Assembly (NCBI RefSeq): GCF_009914755.1
Contig: NC_060942.1
DNA length: 64,000 nucleotides
Reading direction: 5' to 3' (one strand)
DNA from: the human T2T-CHM13v2.0 reference genome, Homo sapiens
Part shown: positions 14,091 through 33,432 of the stretch, one piece after another
How the letters are laid out: each line of letters begins with the position of its first letter
Position numbering within the stretch: position 1 is the first letter of the stretch
Notes under the pieces: model-generated
Databases searched by the model: none
Told to the model about the DNA's origin: nothing
Seen by the model: the letters and a program-made list of their open reading frames with translations, nothing else
Program-made: the position numbers and the translations under genes

Positions 14091-16026
14091 TGTGAATTAT
14101 AGTTTAACATATGATAGTTAAAAATTGTCCAGTCATGTGGCTTTTGACATTCATAAAAGGTTAGTTTGAATATGGGAAGAATTGTCATACAATCAGTGCA
14201 GGGAGTAATATTAACCAAGAGCAAGTCTTGTAGTTAGCTTTATTTTATTTCTTGTGTCTTGATTTAAACAATAAAAATAAGAAGGCCAGTCATCATTTTT
14301 AAAAACCATATTCATTTTACAGGGGGAAGTTTCCCAATGAATACATAAACTTGCGAGCTTCAGGAGCATCCATCTCTTTTGAACCCTGACCCATTTGATT
14401 CATATTAGACTACGGGACCATTTGGAAGAACAGGAAGGCAGTTTAGAGCTGTGCCCTGGAAAGCGCATAATTTCGTTTTCTTCACCACGGTTGCTCTGGA
14501 AGGAAAACTGAACACAAACCTCCTTCTTCTCTCCCTTTCCTTCCTTGTTGCATCTGGTCAATTCTAACAAACATTACTAATGACCAGGCTATATCGGCAT
14601 TACATAGTCAAGTAGCCCATTCAATTTGCTCAAAAGAGCACAGACATAATCAGGCATTTGGCTGAATGAACAATTCCTACTGAATAGGGCAAATATTTGG
14701 ATTCAAGTATAGGTCAGCAGCAACCAATTGAAATATTGATAAAGGAAGCCTGTGGGAACTAAATGTACATAAAAGAAAGAAAGAAGGAAAGAAAAGAAAG
14801 AAGGTTCTCAAGGGGTGAGGCAGGGCAACAAGACCACAGGGGGCGATCTGTGTCCCCCACAAGAAGGTAGGTGGCTTAGCTGGGGAGGTGAGCAGAGCCG
14901 TGGCTGACAGCCTGTGATTCTAGCTGCAGGAAGCACTGTGTTTGAACTGTTTTGTGTAGTTTCAAAGTATAATTCATAATCTACTACAAAATACCATAAA
15001 ACTTTCTAATGGGAATCCCCCTGCCCCTGCCCACCTGACTTTATTTAAAAAGAGAACTAGGCTAAAGTCTCTTTGTGGGTTTTTATATTGTCCTATTCAG
15101 AGGTCAGGTCTCACCAAGGCTGGTTTTGCTGGCTTGAAAACACCTGCTCCAGAGCACTGAGGAATCTCTGGTAACCTGCTTGCCTCCAACTCCCACCATT
15201 CACTCACCCGTGAGGCTTAGCAAATCCAGAGCTCTGTTGCCCAAAGTCAATGCTGGCCACACTCACAGCCATTTATAATGCCTTGCTTTATGGGTGGTTT
15301 AATTGTCAAGCATCCCCTCTGCATGTGGGCATTCACGTGCCCCAGTGCCACACTCAGCCACATCCTCTTCCTCCTAAAAGGGTCAGAAATCCACATTTCC
15401 GACTTAACCACAATATTTAGCTTTCTTAGCATTTCCGCTTCCACCTCCCCGTCACCCGCTGCCCCTGCCCCACCTGCAGATTCCTCCTCAGGCCTAGCCA
15501 ATTTCCACCCAGTTCTTCCTTGAAAAGCCTCAGCGAGCGGTGATTGGGCAAAACGCTGGCTGTAACCATAGTTTTCCCAGGTTTGCACTGTGGTGGCAGC
15601 CATCAGTGAGTGAGACATGGCAACAGCGTGTGCCCCCCACACTCGGAATCTGACCGGGCTTGTAGGGTTGTGGATAATCATTTGGCATCCAGGGCCATTT
15701 CTTGGAAATGAAGATTCTACCTCCAGTCTCCAACCCGGAGGGACTGTAATGTCCTTCAGAGAAGTGAGGACTGTGGGCTGTTCTGAGCTTGTTTGGAACC
15801 CTTTCCTCATGCCACCTTCCAGGAATGTGCCGTTCCCCGGGGACAGTCCCCTGGGCAACAGAAGGCAGAAAGTTGCAGATCCCTGTGAGGAGAGACATAA
15901 GGCTGGGCTATGTGTCAGAGAGATGAGTGGTTTACTGTTGGAGGAAGGTTCTATAGGAAGGGACATGTCTCCAAGGGAGAGCAGTATTTGGATACGAGGA
16001 GATGGGTGGGAAGGGTTAACAAGATT

Positions 16027-16064
16027 GTGTGTGTGTGTGTGTGTGTGTGTGGTGGTGGTGGTGG
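16027..16064. repeat. (TG)n(TGG)n compound microsatellite
   Basis: Directly visible. Confidence 0.9.
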
Positions 16065-16281
16065 GGAGACAGCCTAAGCAAAGGCCTAGAAGCAGAGGGT
16101 GGTCACTGCCAAAATAAAAAGAAGTCAAAATAACATTGGGTCAGTCAGAATCTGGGATCCACGCAGCCCGGTCTTCCTTGGCTCTTACAGTCTTATAAAC
16201 AATTATTGCAAACATCCTAGCTTCCCTCAATATGTAAATACATTTAAAAAGAGTGCATATCTGTTAGAAATAAATGCTGAA

Positions 16282-16607
<326 letters not shown>

Positions 16608-16853
16608 TTACAGATTAATGATATGTCTGGGATATGTTTTAAACTATTTTGGCAAAAAAAAAAAAAAGGTGATGGGGGATATATAAAACAAGAGTGGTAA
16701 ATTGGTTTTTTTGAAGTGGGGTGATGCGTGCTGGGTTTTTTATGAGTCTTTTTACTTTTGTGCATGCTTGAGAACATTTGTGATACAAATTTTTAAAAGA
16801 ATTCACTTATAGCATTTTAAAAATTAATTTAAAATCTTAGAAGAAACTAGGTT

Positions 16854-17433
<580 letters not shown>

Positions 17434-18938
17434 CTATAGGGATAACATTCTTTTTATACTTATCCTCTCCTTGCTCTGGGATTTCTCTTTTTAAATGGGA
17501 AAGTCCTATCCTTTGAAGTCTTGGCATCTCTCTTTTAGTTGCTTACAGCATCATTCTTGGCTGGACATTCTCCAGCCTTTCTACATGGCATGAGGTGCCA
17601 TCAACCGTGAATAAGCCATGGGTTTAGTTAAGTATGGGATAACGTGTTATATTTCGAGCCTATTCTGCATGGTGATGAGTATATTTTTGGATAAAAGCAG
17701 TGCATTCATTCAATTGATCCACCTGTATACAACATGGACTGTGCCAGGCACTGTTCTAGTCCTTGTCTTCAAGGAGTTCACAGCTCAGGGGGCCACATCT
17801 GTAGAAGAGGCATTGTGACACTGTGCAACAAGGGGAAAATGGACGGCCTGTTTGCCAAGTCTCGGTGGGACTCTATCATTTCCAGAAATTATGCTTGCTT
17901 GCTGATTTCATGTTTGCATTATCCTGTATCAAATGAAGAAAGATAATTATGATCAGATATTACAATAGTTGATAATTTAAGTTCCAGGAGGGATTTTAAA
18001 AAGGGCCAGACGATCTCCCCTTTGTGGAAAAGTCACTATGGTGTACCCATAAAGTTTAGTGAAGAGTTTCAGGCAAACTCCTTGTGTTCCCTCTGCATGC
18101 ATGAATTAGACAAAAGAAATAGCCTGGGGTTGGAGGTGGGCCTGGATGAATCAAAATTTAAAACTAATTCTTCCTTAGCAGACAGTTGAAATGTAATGTA
18201 GGCAATAGCTGAATATTCCCTAGCAGGTCTTTGGTAGAGAATATAGGGGACAGTAGAAAACCCCTTTGCCTGACCTCTATCACTTGGGGTCCAGAAATTT
18301 CTGCCACATAATAAATGTGTGTGTGTGTGTGTGTGTGTGTGTTTGTATCTAGTCTTGCCAAACATAAATGTGAAATCAAAGCAGGCCATCTATGATTTTG
18401 GCAAGGTTCTAAAACTCTTCTGAATAAATTACTGAATGAAAAGACCTAACTCCAACCTTGAACTGACCTTTACATACTCCTTTCATCCCAGGAACCTCTT
18501 GTTTTTTCTATTATTGTCACACATGTAAACATTAGTGGTAAATGCAATTGTACTGTGTTTAAAACATAAAAAAGAAGCCCCTTATGTAGGAGTAGTTGGT
18601 TGGTTAATTGAGAAAGTCCATCAAACACAGGATTTTAAAAAAGCAAACATTTTCATTTAGCTTAAAGCATAGAACTGTATATTCAACCAATCTTAAAATA
18701 TGAGCCTATCATCTTTTTTCTTTGATGGGATCTACTGATTAGAGCTTTGCATCGTCTATTTTGCACAAATCACATCCTTAATCCATTGACGATGATTTCC
18801 AGTTTTGGTTTCTTTAAACTGCAGAGACACTGCAACAGAATAAAAGTGTAGAATTATACTAAATTTTAAGTACTATCCCCCAAACTTTTATAGTAATCTT
18901 GGCCATCTCTGATTTAATTAAAAAATATGTTTTAATGA

Positions 18939-19239
<301 letters not shown>

Positions 19240-19622
19240 AGTGACTATGTGTTTTTTTTTTTTTTACCAAGTCTCTTCAGTGTATTCAATTTAGTGCTGA
19301 TAGACACAGGATTCATTTTCAGTGCACTCACTTTTATAGATTTAGTCAATATTGGATTGGCTACATAATTAATTACATTAACAAGTACTTGGGGTTACAC
19401 CTGCATGGCCTGACAGCTCTCAACTCTCCTGGCTCCTTCTTCATTTTTCCTCAGTCCTTTTCCGTAACAGAATGCATTGAATTCCATGTTTGCATCTGCT
19501 TCTTCAAAGCCCCTCAACTAAAACAGCACACAACACACTTAGTAGAAAAATTCATAATGACTGAAACCAAAAAGTCAATTACTCTTTCAGGAGATTTCCT
19601 GAGATTAGAATCCACATTAAAC

Positions 19623-19960
<338 letters not shown>

Positions 19961-22900
19961 CTACGTAGGCACTTTCATTCTTTGTAGTGAAAATGGCTCA
20001 GAAAGAGAAGCTTGAAACCTTACAGTACGCTTAAACATAAAACAAAAGCTCCATTCTCTAGTATGTACTACGCATTAAGCCAGGAAACTGGAGCCGTGTG
20101 TTTACTGAATGCATTGCTATTAATATCAGAGTATTATAACACTATTATAGGAATTTGTAAAATAGAGGAAAGAAAAAGGAGTCTTTCCAACTAAGTAAAC
20201 ATTGTTGTTTTGGTGAAGGGTTAACACATGAATTTAGGAAAGTTTTATAAGGATCAAAGCAAAGAGGACTGTGAATTAACTGTCATGTAACCAGAATATT
20301 CAATTAACTAGAGCCTAAACCAGTGGTCCATCGATACTCCTGATCACCAAATAATCCCAGTGGCTGGAGCAGAGCTGGGATGGCCCTGTGGCATGAGGGC
20401 CTGCTAGGATCTTGCGTCCAGGCCTTTCCTCCGAAGCCTGTCCTGATGGAGTGTAGTGGAGGGTGGCTTAGGAAATGAACCGGGTGTCCTTTTGTGCCTG
20501 CATTTCCCAGGCTGGTTTTGGTGTGTTGCAGTGTTGTTCCATCCCAGGTCTGAGACAATAGCTGCATCATCATATAGGAATCTAGGGCAGAGTCGCCCTA
20601 GTGATAGGTCTTTACTTTATGGTTATCAAATCTGGCATCGGTTACATAATTACACTAATAAGGTCTTGATTTTGGCAGTTGGAAAGGTCTTGGGTAATCA
20701 CCTGGAGAACCTAAGAGTTCTGGAAGGCAGGTACAGGTCCTCTTCATGCCCTGCGGCCCTATCTGGCCCTCCATACCAATGGTTTTCAAGAGCGGCCATA
20801 TTTGCTTCCAGAGTTTTTTTTAGGAAGCGTGTGTGTCTGTGTGTGTAGGAAGGGTGGCTATTACAACTATTAGGGAGCCTAGAACCTACCTATGTTTTGC
20901 ATATAAATGCAACTTATTTTTATGGCATTTATCTATAATAATTGTATGTAAAATAAAGAAAGATTATACTTACATTTGGTTGGAATTTTACTGAGTCATT
21001 CAATGCAGCGCATGGTACCTGAGTCACCAACACTTAATTTGGATTTGTGGCCATGATATTTAGGATAATGCTGTGAACAGACATAAGCATCAGACTATTT
21101 ATGCCTTCCAACATAGTTGTGTCTGCATATTCACACATGGAAATACATATTAATTCAGTATAATGACTTTGCTTTCATTTATTCTTTATATTACTGCAAG
21201 GACATTAGAGGGATTAAATATGTGCATAGACAAGTTGTAGTATCTGCGCATCTCATTGTAGGATACTAGAGGGGAGAGTTACACAGTATTTGTTATGAAA
21301 GGGGGGCATTAGGTCTGATAAGGTTGAGAAGTGCTGTTCAAATGCAACTTGCAGCCCCCAGCCATTCTGCTGCTGGAATTACATGGAAATGTATTGTTTT
21401 GGAATATTACCTCTGTGGGCTCTGCCCTGGCAAGCTGTAGTCACTGCCCCTGTGCTTGACATTCTGCAGCTGTAACACAGGTATCCTGACCCAAGCCCTT
21501 CACTTGTTTGTCGTTGGTCCAGTGCTAACCCAGCTTCTTGGAGGAGGAAACCCTGGAAAGTTAGGTGCAGGATTAAAGCTCATATAATTCTAATGGTGTT
21601 ACGGAAAGGTGGTCGTCTATAAGAAGCTGCCTCTGAATATCCTATTCCAGTCTTGTATCCAACCTAGGACATCAACTTTCCTTCACTCAAACAGACCAAA
21701 AAATGGAGAGCCAACACATTCTGTTTCCAAAAGCTAAGAAAAACTTCATTAAACCGAGGTAATTAACAAAATCTCCCTTACGGACAGAATATTAATTTGA
21801 TAAGAGCTTGGCCCCGAAAGAAGTACCTCTGAAGCATGCCCAAGAGCCTGCAGGAGAGCAGCAAACACCTGCCTTCACTGTCCTTCCACAAGGAAACGAC
21901 ACACTTTGCATCCATGAGAGCCCCCAAGCGGTTCGGTGTTGAAGCCAAATCTCAGTCTGTGTTGTGACACTGCCATTGCTGCCGCCTGCAGTACCACTGC
22001 CGCATCTGACTCACATTCTAGAAGGAAGGTAGGTTTGTCCCAATGAATGCAGCTTGGGGCAGCTGCCTTGTGGAGAGGTGACTGAGGCCGCTGTGCTGAG
22101 GCTCCCTGGGCGATTCAACTACACCATCTGCCGTGTCAGCTTGGAACTGCAGGAGACGCTAGAGGGGAAGACGGAGAAAGGAAGGGAAACAAAGATTGAT
22201 ATGACCATATGGTCTGCATATTGAGCTTGCTGTCTTTTACATTTGTGACTTAGAGGAACCTGTATCAAGAAAATGTCATTATTCTTATTCCACGGTTGAG
22301 GAGACTGAGACTCAGAGAGGTGAATTAACTTTCCACAAGTTCACGCAGCTATGAGGCATGCTTGACTTTTGCAAGGCCTCCTAACTCCAGTAGGGGAAAG
22401 GAACGTTGCTGATCAGGCACTATGTTAAATAATTTCACTTTTAATGTCTTATCTAGTATACCAAGGCTTTGAAGTAGGAGCTTTCCTGATTTTCAGAAAT
22501 GCAGAACCTGAAACTTACAGACATTAGGTAATTTATCCGGGCTCCAAAGTCGCGAAATTAACAGAGTTCTCTCTGGTTCCAAAACTTATGACCCTCAGAA
22601 ATGTAGAGTTGAAGGTGGACAAATAGAGACAGAATAATATTACACCTATAAATAAAGACCACTGCCCTATATTAATTTTGGATTTACTGCCACTCTTAGC
22701 ACTTTCCAATGAGCAGATTTATTTAGCTTTACATAGCACATAAAGATGAGAAAAGATGTATGTAAGTAGAATCTTGGTAAACTGGACACTTCGTAAGGGA
22801 CCTAGGAAGCTCATGATTGGAATAGAGTCTACTGGAAATTGAATGGTTGCAGAAAAGAATGAATCTAAAGGCTTTTCTGTAAAAAAAGTTTTCATATTTT

Positions 22901-23595
22901 GCTTGCAATTAAAAATAAATTTCACGTTTTCCTTATATGAATAAAAAATTACAGATAAGAATAAAGTCATTTCCCCCACTTTCCCAACACTCCCCTCCTC
23001 CACACTATCCAACTACACTCCCCAGAAGTAATATCTGTCTAGATTTTTTCTACATACTTGCTTTCCTATCTTGAAAATATATGTTATTGTATTATCAGTA
23101 TCTTTACATAAATAATACAAAATCTTCAAATTGCTTTCTCTCCCCACGACCCCATTTAAAAATATGATTTAGAGCTCTTTCCATGTCAGAACATAAAGAT
23201 CAGCTTTATTATTTTAAAAAGTATTTTATAGAATGAATACATTACAGTTTATACAATTGATTTCCTATTAATGAACATTTGCTTTGTTTCCAGGGTTTTT
23301 TTTTTTTGCTATTATAAACAATGCTGCATTGAACATCTTTGTGCATGCCTCATAGTACACACATATAAGATTCTTTTTTTTTTTTTTTTAATTATACTTT
23401 AAGTTTTAGTGTACATGTGCACATTGTGCAGGTTAGTTACATATGTATACATGTGCCATGCTGGTGCGCTGCACCCACTAATGTGTCATCTAGCATTAGG
23501 TATATCTCCCAATGCTATCCCTCCCCCTTCCCCCGACCCCACCACAGTCCCCAGAGTGTGATATTCCCCTTCCTGGGTCCATGTGATCTCATTGT

Positions 23596-27451
<3,856 letters not shown>

Positions 27452-27487
27452 TTAGTTGATGCAGTTTCTTCCTAGTCTCGATGGTCT

Positions 27488-28504
27488 TTACATTTTGGCA
27501 TGATTTTGCAGCGGCTGGTACCGGTTGTTCCTTTCCATGTTTAGCGCTTCCTTCAGGAGCTCTTTTAGGGCAGGCCTGGTGGTGACAAAATCTCTCAGCA
27601 TTTGCTTGTCTATAAAGTATTTTATTTCTCCTTCACTTATAAAGCTTAGTTTGGCTGGATATGAAATTCTGGGTTGAAAATTCTTTTCTTTAAGAATGTT
27701 GAATATTGGCCCCCACTCTCTTCTGGCTTGTAGGGTTTCTGCCGAGAGATCCGCTGTTAGTCTGATGGGCTTTCCTTTGAGGGTAACCCGACCTTTCTCT
27801 CTGGCTGCCCTTAACATTTTTTCCTTCATTTCAACTTTGGTGAATCTGACAATTATGTGTCTTGGAGTTGCTCTTCTCGAGGAGTATCTTTGTGGCGTTC
27901 TCTGTATTTCCTGAATCTGAACGTTGGCCTGCCTTGCTAGATTGGGGAAGTTCTCCTGGATAATATCCTGCAGAGTGTTTTCCAACTTGGTTCCATTCTC
28001 CCCATCACTTTCAGGTACACCAATCAGACGTAGATTTGGTCTTTTCACATAGTCCCATATTTCTTGGAGGCTTTGCTCATTTCTTTTTATTCTTTTTTCT
28101 CTAAACTTCCCTTCTTGCTTCATTTCATTCATTTCATCTTCCATTGCTGATACCCTTTCTTCCAGTTGATCGCATTGGCTCCTGAGGCTTCTGCATTCTT
28201 CACGTAGTTCTCGAGCCTTGGTTTTCAGCTCCATCAGCTCCTTTAAGCACTTCTCTGTATTGGTTATTCTAGTTATACATTCTTCTAAATTTTTTTCAAA
28301 GTTTTCAACTTCTTTGCCTTTGGTTTGAATGTCCTCCCGTAGCTCAGAGTAATTTGATCGTCTGAAGCCTTCTTCTCTCAGCTCGTCAAAATCATTCTCC
28401 ATCCAGCTTTGTTCCGTTGCTGGTGAGGAACTGCGTTCCTTTGGAGGAGGAGAGGCGCTCTGCGTTTTAGAGTTTCCAGTTTTTCTGTTCTGTTTTTTCC
28501 CCAT
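27488..28504 (-). CDS. L1 ORF1p, intact, 338 aa
   Basis: MGKKQNRK...NHAKM; REKG, ARR and YPAKLS motifs present. Confidence 0.97.
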   Translation of the reverse strand: MGKKQNRKTGNSKTQSASPPPKERSSSPATEQSWMENDFDELREEGFRRSNYSELREDIQTKGKEVENFEKNLEECITRITNTEKCLKELMELKTKARELREECRSLRSQCDQLEERVSAMEDEMNEMKQEGKFREKRIKRNEQSLQEIWDYVKRPNLRLIGVPESDGENGTKLENTLQDIIQENFPNLARQANVQIQEIQRTPQRYSSRRATPRHIIVRFTKVEMKEKMLRAAREKGRVTLKGKPIRLTADLSAETLQARREWGPIFNILKEKNFQPRISYPAKLSFISEGEIKYFIDKQMLRDFVTTRPALKELLKEALNMERNNRYQPLQNHAKM

Positions 28505-29409
28505 CTTTGTGGTTTTATCTACTTTTGGTCTTTGATGATGGTGATGTACAGATGGGTTTTCGGTGTAGATGTCCTTTCTGGTTGTTAGTTTTCCTTCTAA
28601 AAGACAGGACCCTCAGCTACAGGTCTGTTGGAATACCCTGCCGTGTGAGGTGTCAGTGTGCCCCTGCTGGGGGGTGCCTCCCAGCTAGGCTGCTGGGGGG
28701 TCAGGGGTCAGGGACCCACTTGAGGAGGCAGTCTGCCCGTTCTCAGATCTCCAGCTGCGTGCTGGGAGAACCACTGCTCTCTTCAAAGCTGTCAGACAGG
28801 GACACTTAAGTCTGCAGAGGTTACTGCTGTCTTTTTGTTTGTCTGTGCCCTGCCCCCAGAGGTGGAGCCTACAGAGGCAGGCAGGCCTCCTTGAGCTGTG
28901 GTGGGCTCCACCCAGTTCGAGCTTCCCGGCTGCTTTGTTTACCTAAGCAAGCCTGGGCAATGGCGGGCGCCCCTCCCCCAGCCTCGTTGCCGCCTTGCAG
29001 TTTGATCTCAGACTGCTGTGCTAGCAATCAGCGAGATTCCGTGGGCGTAGGACCCTACGAGCCAGGTGTGGGATATGGTCTCGTGGTGCGCCGTTTTTTA
29101 AGCCGGTCTGAAAAGCGCAATATTCGGGTGGGAGTGACCCGATTTTCCAGGTGCGTCCGTCACCCCTTTCTTTGACTCGGAAAGGGAACTCCCTGACCCC
29201 TTGCGCTTCCCAGGTGAGGCAATGCCTCCCCCTGCTTCGGCTCGCGCACGGTGCGCGCACACACTGGCCTGCGCCCACTGTCTGGCACTCCCTAGTGAGA
29301 TGAACCCGGTACCTCAGATGGAAATGCAGAAATCACCCCTCTTCTGCGTCGCTCACGCTGGGAGCTGTAGACCGGAGCTGTTCCTATTCGGCCATCTTGG
29401 CTCCTCCCC
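28505..29409. promoter_or_regulatory. L1 5'UTR bidirectional promoter (sense points left, antisense points right)
   Basis: Complete ~905-nt 5'UTR with many CpGs retained and YY1 motif intact; function from established L1 biology. Confidence 0.8.
28960..29175 (+). CDS. L1 antisense ORF0, intact, 71 aa
   Basis: MAGAPPPASLPPCSLISDCCASNQRDSVGVGP...FSRCVRHPFL* in the L1 5'UTR, antisense. Confidence 0.85.
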   Translation: MAGAPPPASLPPCSLISDCCASNQRDSVGVGPYEPGVGYGLVVRRFLSRSEKRNIRVGVTRFSRCVRHPFL

Positions 29410-30006
29410 TAAGATTCTTAAAGATAGATACTAGGACATGAAATTGCCAGGTAGTAGAGCATATGCATTAAAAGTATGAATAGAGTCAAATTGTGCTTCC
29501 AGAGTGTATGTACCCAGCACCAACATCCACTCTTCCCATTGCCTTTATCAACTCTTATTATTATTACTTTAAAACTTCAGCATTAATTTTGGGTGAAATT
29601 ATCTCAATTTAACAAATTACATTTCTCTGATTCTTAGAGTCTAAGTTTCTCTTCTTCTGTTTACCCATCAATCCTGTCCTGATTTGCCTACTATGCCCTT
29701 CTTTCTATAAAATAGTTTTTTCCTTATTGTGATATATGAATTCTTTTATTAAATAAAAGTATTACATCTTGAGGTAGTCAAATTTAAATCTTTTTCTTTA
29801 TGGCTTTTAATATTTTATGGGTTGATTAAAAATCCTTCACATAGAGCAAGATTATTCTACATAGGCTCTTATATAACATTTTCTTTTAATACTTTTGAGT
29901 TTTTATGTTCATATTTAATCTAATTGGATTTAACCCATGTTAGTGGTGTGAAGTAAGGACTAAACTTAGTTTTTCCAAATGGAAAGCCTATATTCGAACA
30001 ACTTTT

Positions 30007-30316
<310 letters not shown>

Positions 30317-30412
30317 TCGAACAACTTTTATTAATGATCTAGCCAATGATTTGAAGTGCCAGTTTTATTACATACCAAATTTTAATATACACATAGGTCC
30401 ATTTCTGATTCC

Positions 30413-30720
30413 TTTTTTTTTTTTTTTTTTTTTTGAGATGGAGTCTTGCTCTGTCACCCAGGCTGGACCGCATGCAGTGGCATGGTCTTGGCTTACTGCA
30501 AACTCCGCCTCCCAGGTTCAAGCGATTCTCCTGCCTCACCCTCCTGAGTAGCTGGGATTACAGGCTCCCACCACAATGCCCAGCTAATGTTTGTATTTTC
30601 AGTAGAGACAGGGTTTCACCATGTTGGCCAGGCTGGTCTTGAACTCCTGACCTCAAGTGAGCCTCCTGCCTCAGCCTCCCAAAGTGCTGGGATTACAGGC
30701 ATGAGCCACCACGCCCGGCC
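30413..30720 (-). mobile_element. AluS
   Basis: Reverse Alu; ctgattcct on both flanks. Confidence 0.9.
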
Positions 30721-31544
30721 CCTGATTCCTAATTCTATCTGTGACTTTTCTGTTTGTTTACTTACTGGTATAAAAATATTACACCCTTTTAATTATGGTG
30801 GCTTTATAATATGTTTATGTTTTAATATTTGTTAGAGCAAATCTTTCTTTTTTGTTTTGTTTTCAAAATTGGCATGACTAATTTGTGCTGTTACTCTCTT
30901 TTAGGAATTTTAGAATGAGAGTGTCAAATTCCAAGAAAATCCTGTTGAAATGTTGTTTGGGGTTGTTTTGAACATATATATCAATTTTGGGGAAATAGAA
31001 AACTTTACAACATTGAATCTTTCTATCAAAGAACATGGTACTTATTGCCATTTGTCTAGCTTGTTTTTAAATGTTTGTTGGGAAAGGTTTATAGTTTCTA
31101 CAAAAAGGTCACATACCTTTCTCGTTAGCTTTATTCCTGGATCCTTTATATTGTTTGTTGCTATGGTGCATAGAATCTTTTAAAAATAATTTTCTCATTG
31201 CTTATGGCTGGTACATGGCAACACTATGGATGCTTGTAATTTGATCTTGTCTCTGGTCACTTTATTGCAATCCCTTATGTGTCTTTTTTTGTTATGATCT
31301 CTTGGTTTTTTAAACATAGATTATTATATATTGGGCAAATCATGATAGTTTTGTCTATTCTTTCCTATACTTGCGTCTTTAGATCTCCTGGTGTTCTTCC
31401 ATTTTACTACGGTGTATATATGAGTGTGTCTCCTTTCCATTTAATTGCATTTTGTTTGGCTTTTTGAATCTGAAATGTTGTCTTTCAACAATTCAGGAAA
31501 ATTCTCTGCCATTCTCTATTACCCTGTCACTTTATCTTTTTCTA

Positions 31545-31834
31545 TTTGTTTTGTTTTGTTTTTCATTTTGAGACAAGGTCTCGCTCTGTTGCCTAGGCTG
31601 GAGTGCAGTGGTGCAGTCATGGCTTACTGCAGCCTTGACCTCTCTGACTCCATCCTCCTGGTTTGGCCTCCCAAGTAGCTGGTACTACAGGAGTACAGTA
31701 CCACACCTGGCTAATTTTTTTAGAGATGTGTTCTATGTTGCCTAGGCTTGTCTCAGACTCCTGGGTTCAAGTGATCCTCCCACCTCAGCCTCCCAAAGTG
31801 CTGGGATTACAGGTGTGAGCCACCACGCCCAGCC
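31545..31834 (-). mobile_element. AluJ
   Basis: Diverged reverse Alu. Confidence 0.85.
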
Positions 31835-32599
31835 ATGCCCTGTCACTTTCTAATGCTTCCATCTAGAATTCCAATTAGCTTCATTTTCATCCTTGTCATA
31901 TTGTTCCATATGTCTCTTCCTTCATATTTTTCATCTTTGCCTCCTGGTCTTCAATTTACTTTCCTTCAAATCCATTTTCCAGTTCACCAATTCTACTGTA
32001 TCTTACCTGCTGTTTAAACCATTCACTTCATTTAAAAATAATAATTATAGTTTTCATTTAGAGAAGTGTTTTCGGTCCTCTTCCAAATCTGTCTGATCAA
32101 ATTTGATAGTTCCATGTTCCTTGCTTTTTTTCAATGCCTTTTTTTCTTAAATTGTATTAAACATACTTATTGTCGATGGTGTATCCAATAATTCCATATT
32201 TGCATTCTTTGCAGTTCATTTCAGCACTTTATTGCTTCCGTCAACTCTTACTCCTTTTTTTTGCTATGTTTAATGATTTTTGACGAGGGGCTCATGTTTC
32301 TTGGAAATGTATCCGTGAGACTTTTCTTGGAGGCCTGAGTTTAAAGTATGTGCATCCAGAGGGATTTGTGTTTGCTTCTGCCAGGTGCCTGGGAACACTA
32401 TCAGCCTGGGATTATTTGAAACTAAATTTTCATTGCAGACCATTTGAGGTCACAGAAGTTGTTTCAAGTCAGGCTGGTGATGCCTATGGATTCACTGGCT
32501 CCTCTGTGGATGTTTTCACCCCTACTCACCCATTGAGCATGTTGTACTTTGAGTATCCAGACTTTGGATTAAGACTTAAATCCAGTTTCCTCCTTTATT

Positions 32600-33024
32600 T
32601 TGGTTCCTAGGGTTGGGATAACAAAGTGCCACAAATTAGGTTGCTTAAACAGCAGAAACTTATCATCTCACAGTTCTGGAGGCTTGAAGTCCAAAATCAA
32701 GGCGTTGGCAGAGTTGGTTCCTTCTGAGGGATGTCCCATGCTCTCCCCTGGCTTCTGGAGGTTTGCAGGCGATCTCTAGTATTCATTGGTGTGATGGCAT
32801 CACCCCAATCTCCGCCTTCATCTTTACATTCTGTGTCCATATTTTCCCCTTTTCATAAGGACACCAGTCATTACATTACATACATTAGAGTCCACCCTAA
32901 ATGACCTCAAATTAACTCATTACATCTTTAATAACCCCATTTCCAAAAAAGGTCATATTCTGATGTACTGTGGGCTGGAATTTCAACATACGAATTTTGG
33001 GAAACACAATTCAACTCATAACAT
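32600..33024 (-). mobile_element. MLT1-type solo LTR
   Basis: cacagttctggaggc...ataaggacaccagtc...cacaattcaactcataaca. Confidence 0.8.
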
Positions 33025-33189
33025 CCCTGTTTTGTCCCAAGCTTTCTTTCCAGTCCACACGTACATTTACATGTACATAGACACATGTACATGTCTATTT
33101 AAATGGTGGCTCCAAATAACAAGGGACTAGCAGACATGCAGTGGTAAATACCAACTCAAGTTCCTACTGGCCTCTTTGGATTTGTCATT

Positions 33190-33432
<243 letters not shown>

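Noticed and set aside
14831-14848. CTCF-like motif ACCACAGGGGGCG (similar weak ones at ~1390 and ~2123)
   Set aside because: Mismatches at key 5' core positions; cannot be supported without ChIP data.
15247-16128. 293-aa minus-strand ORF, with overlapping 166-aa and 122-aa ORFs
   Set aside because: It runs through a (CA)n/(CCA)n microsatellite, has no recognisable domain, starts at a non-ATG codon and lacks supporting gene structure. Most likely a chance ORF.
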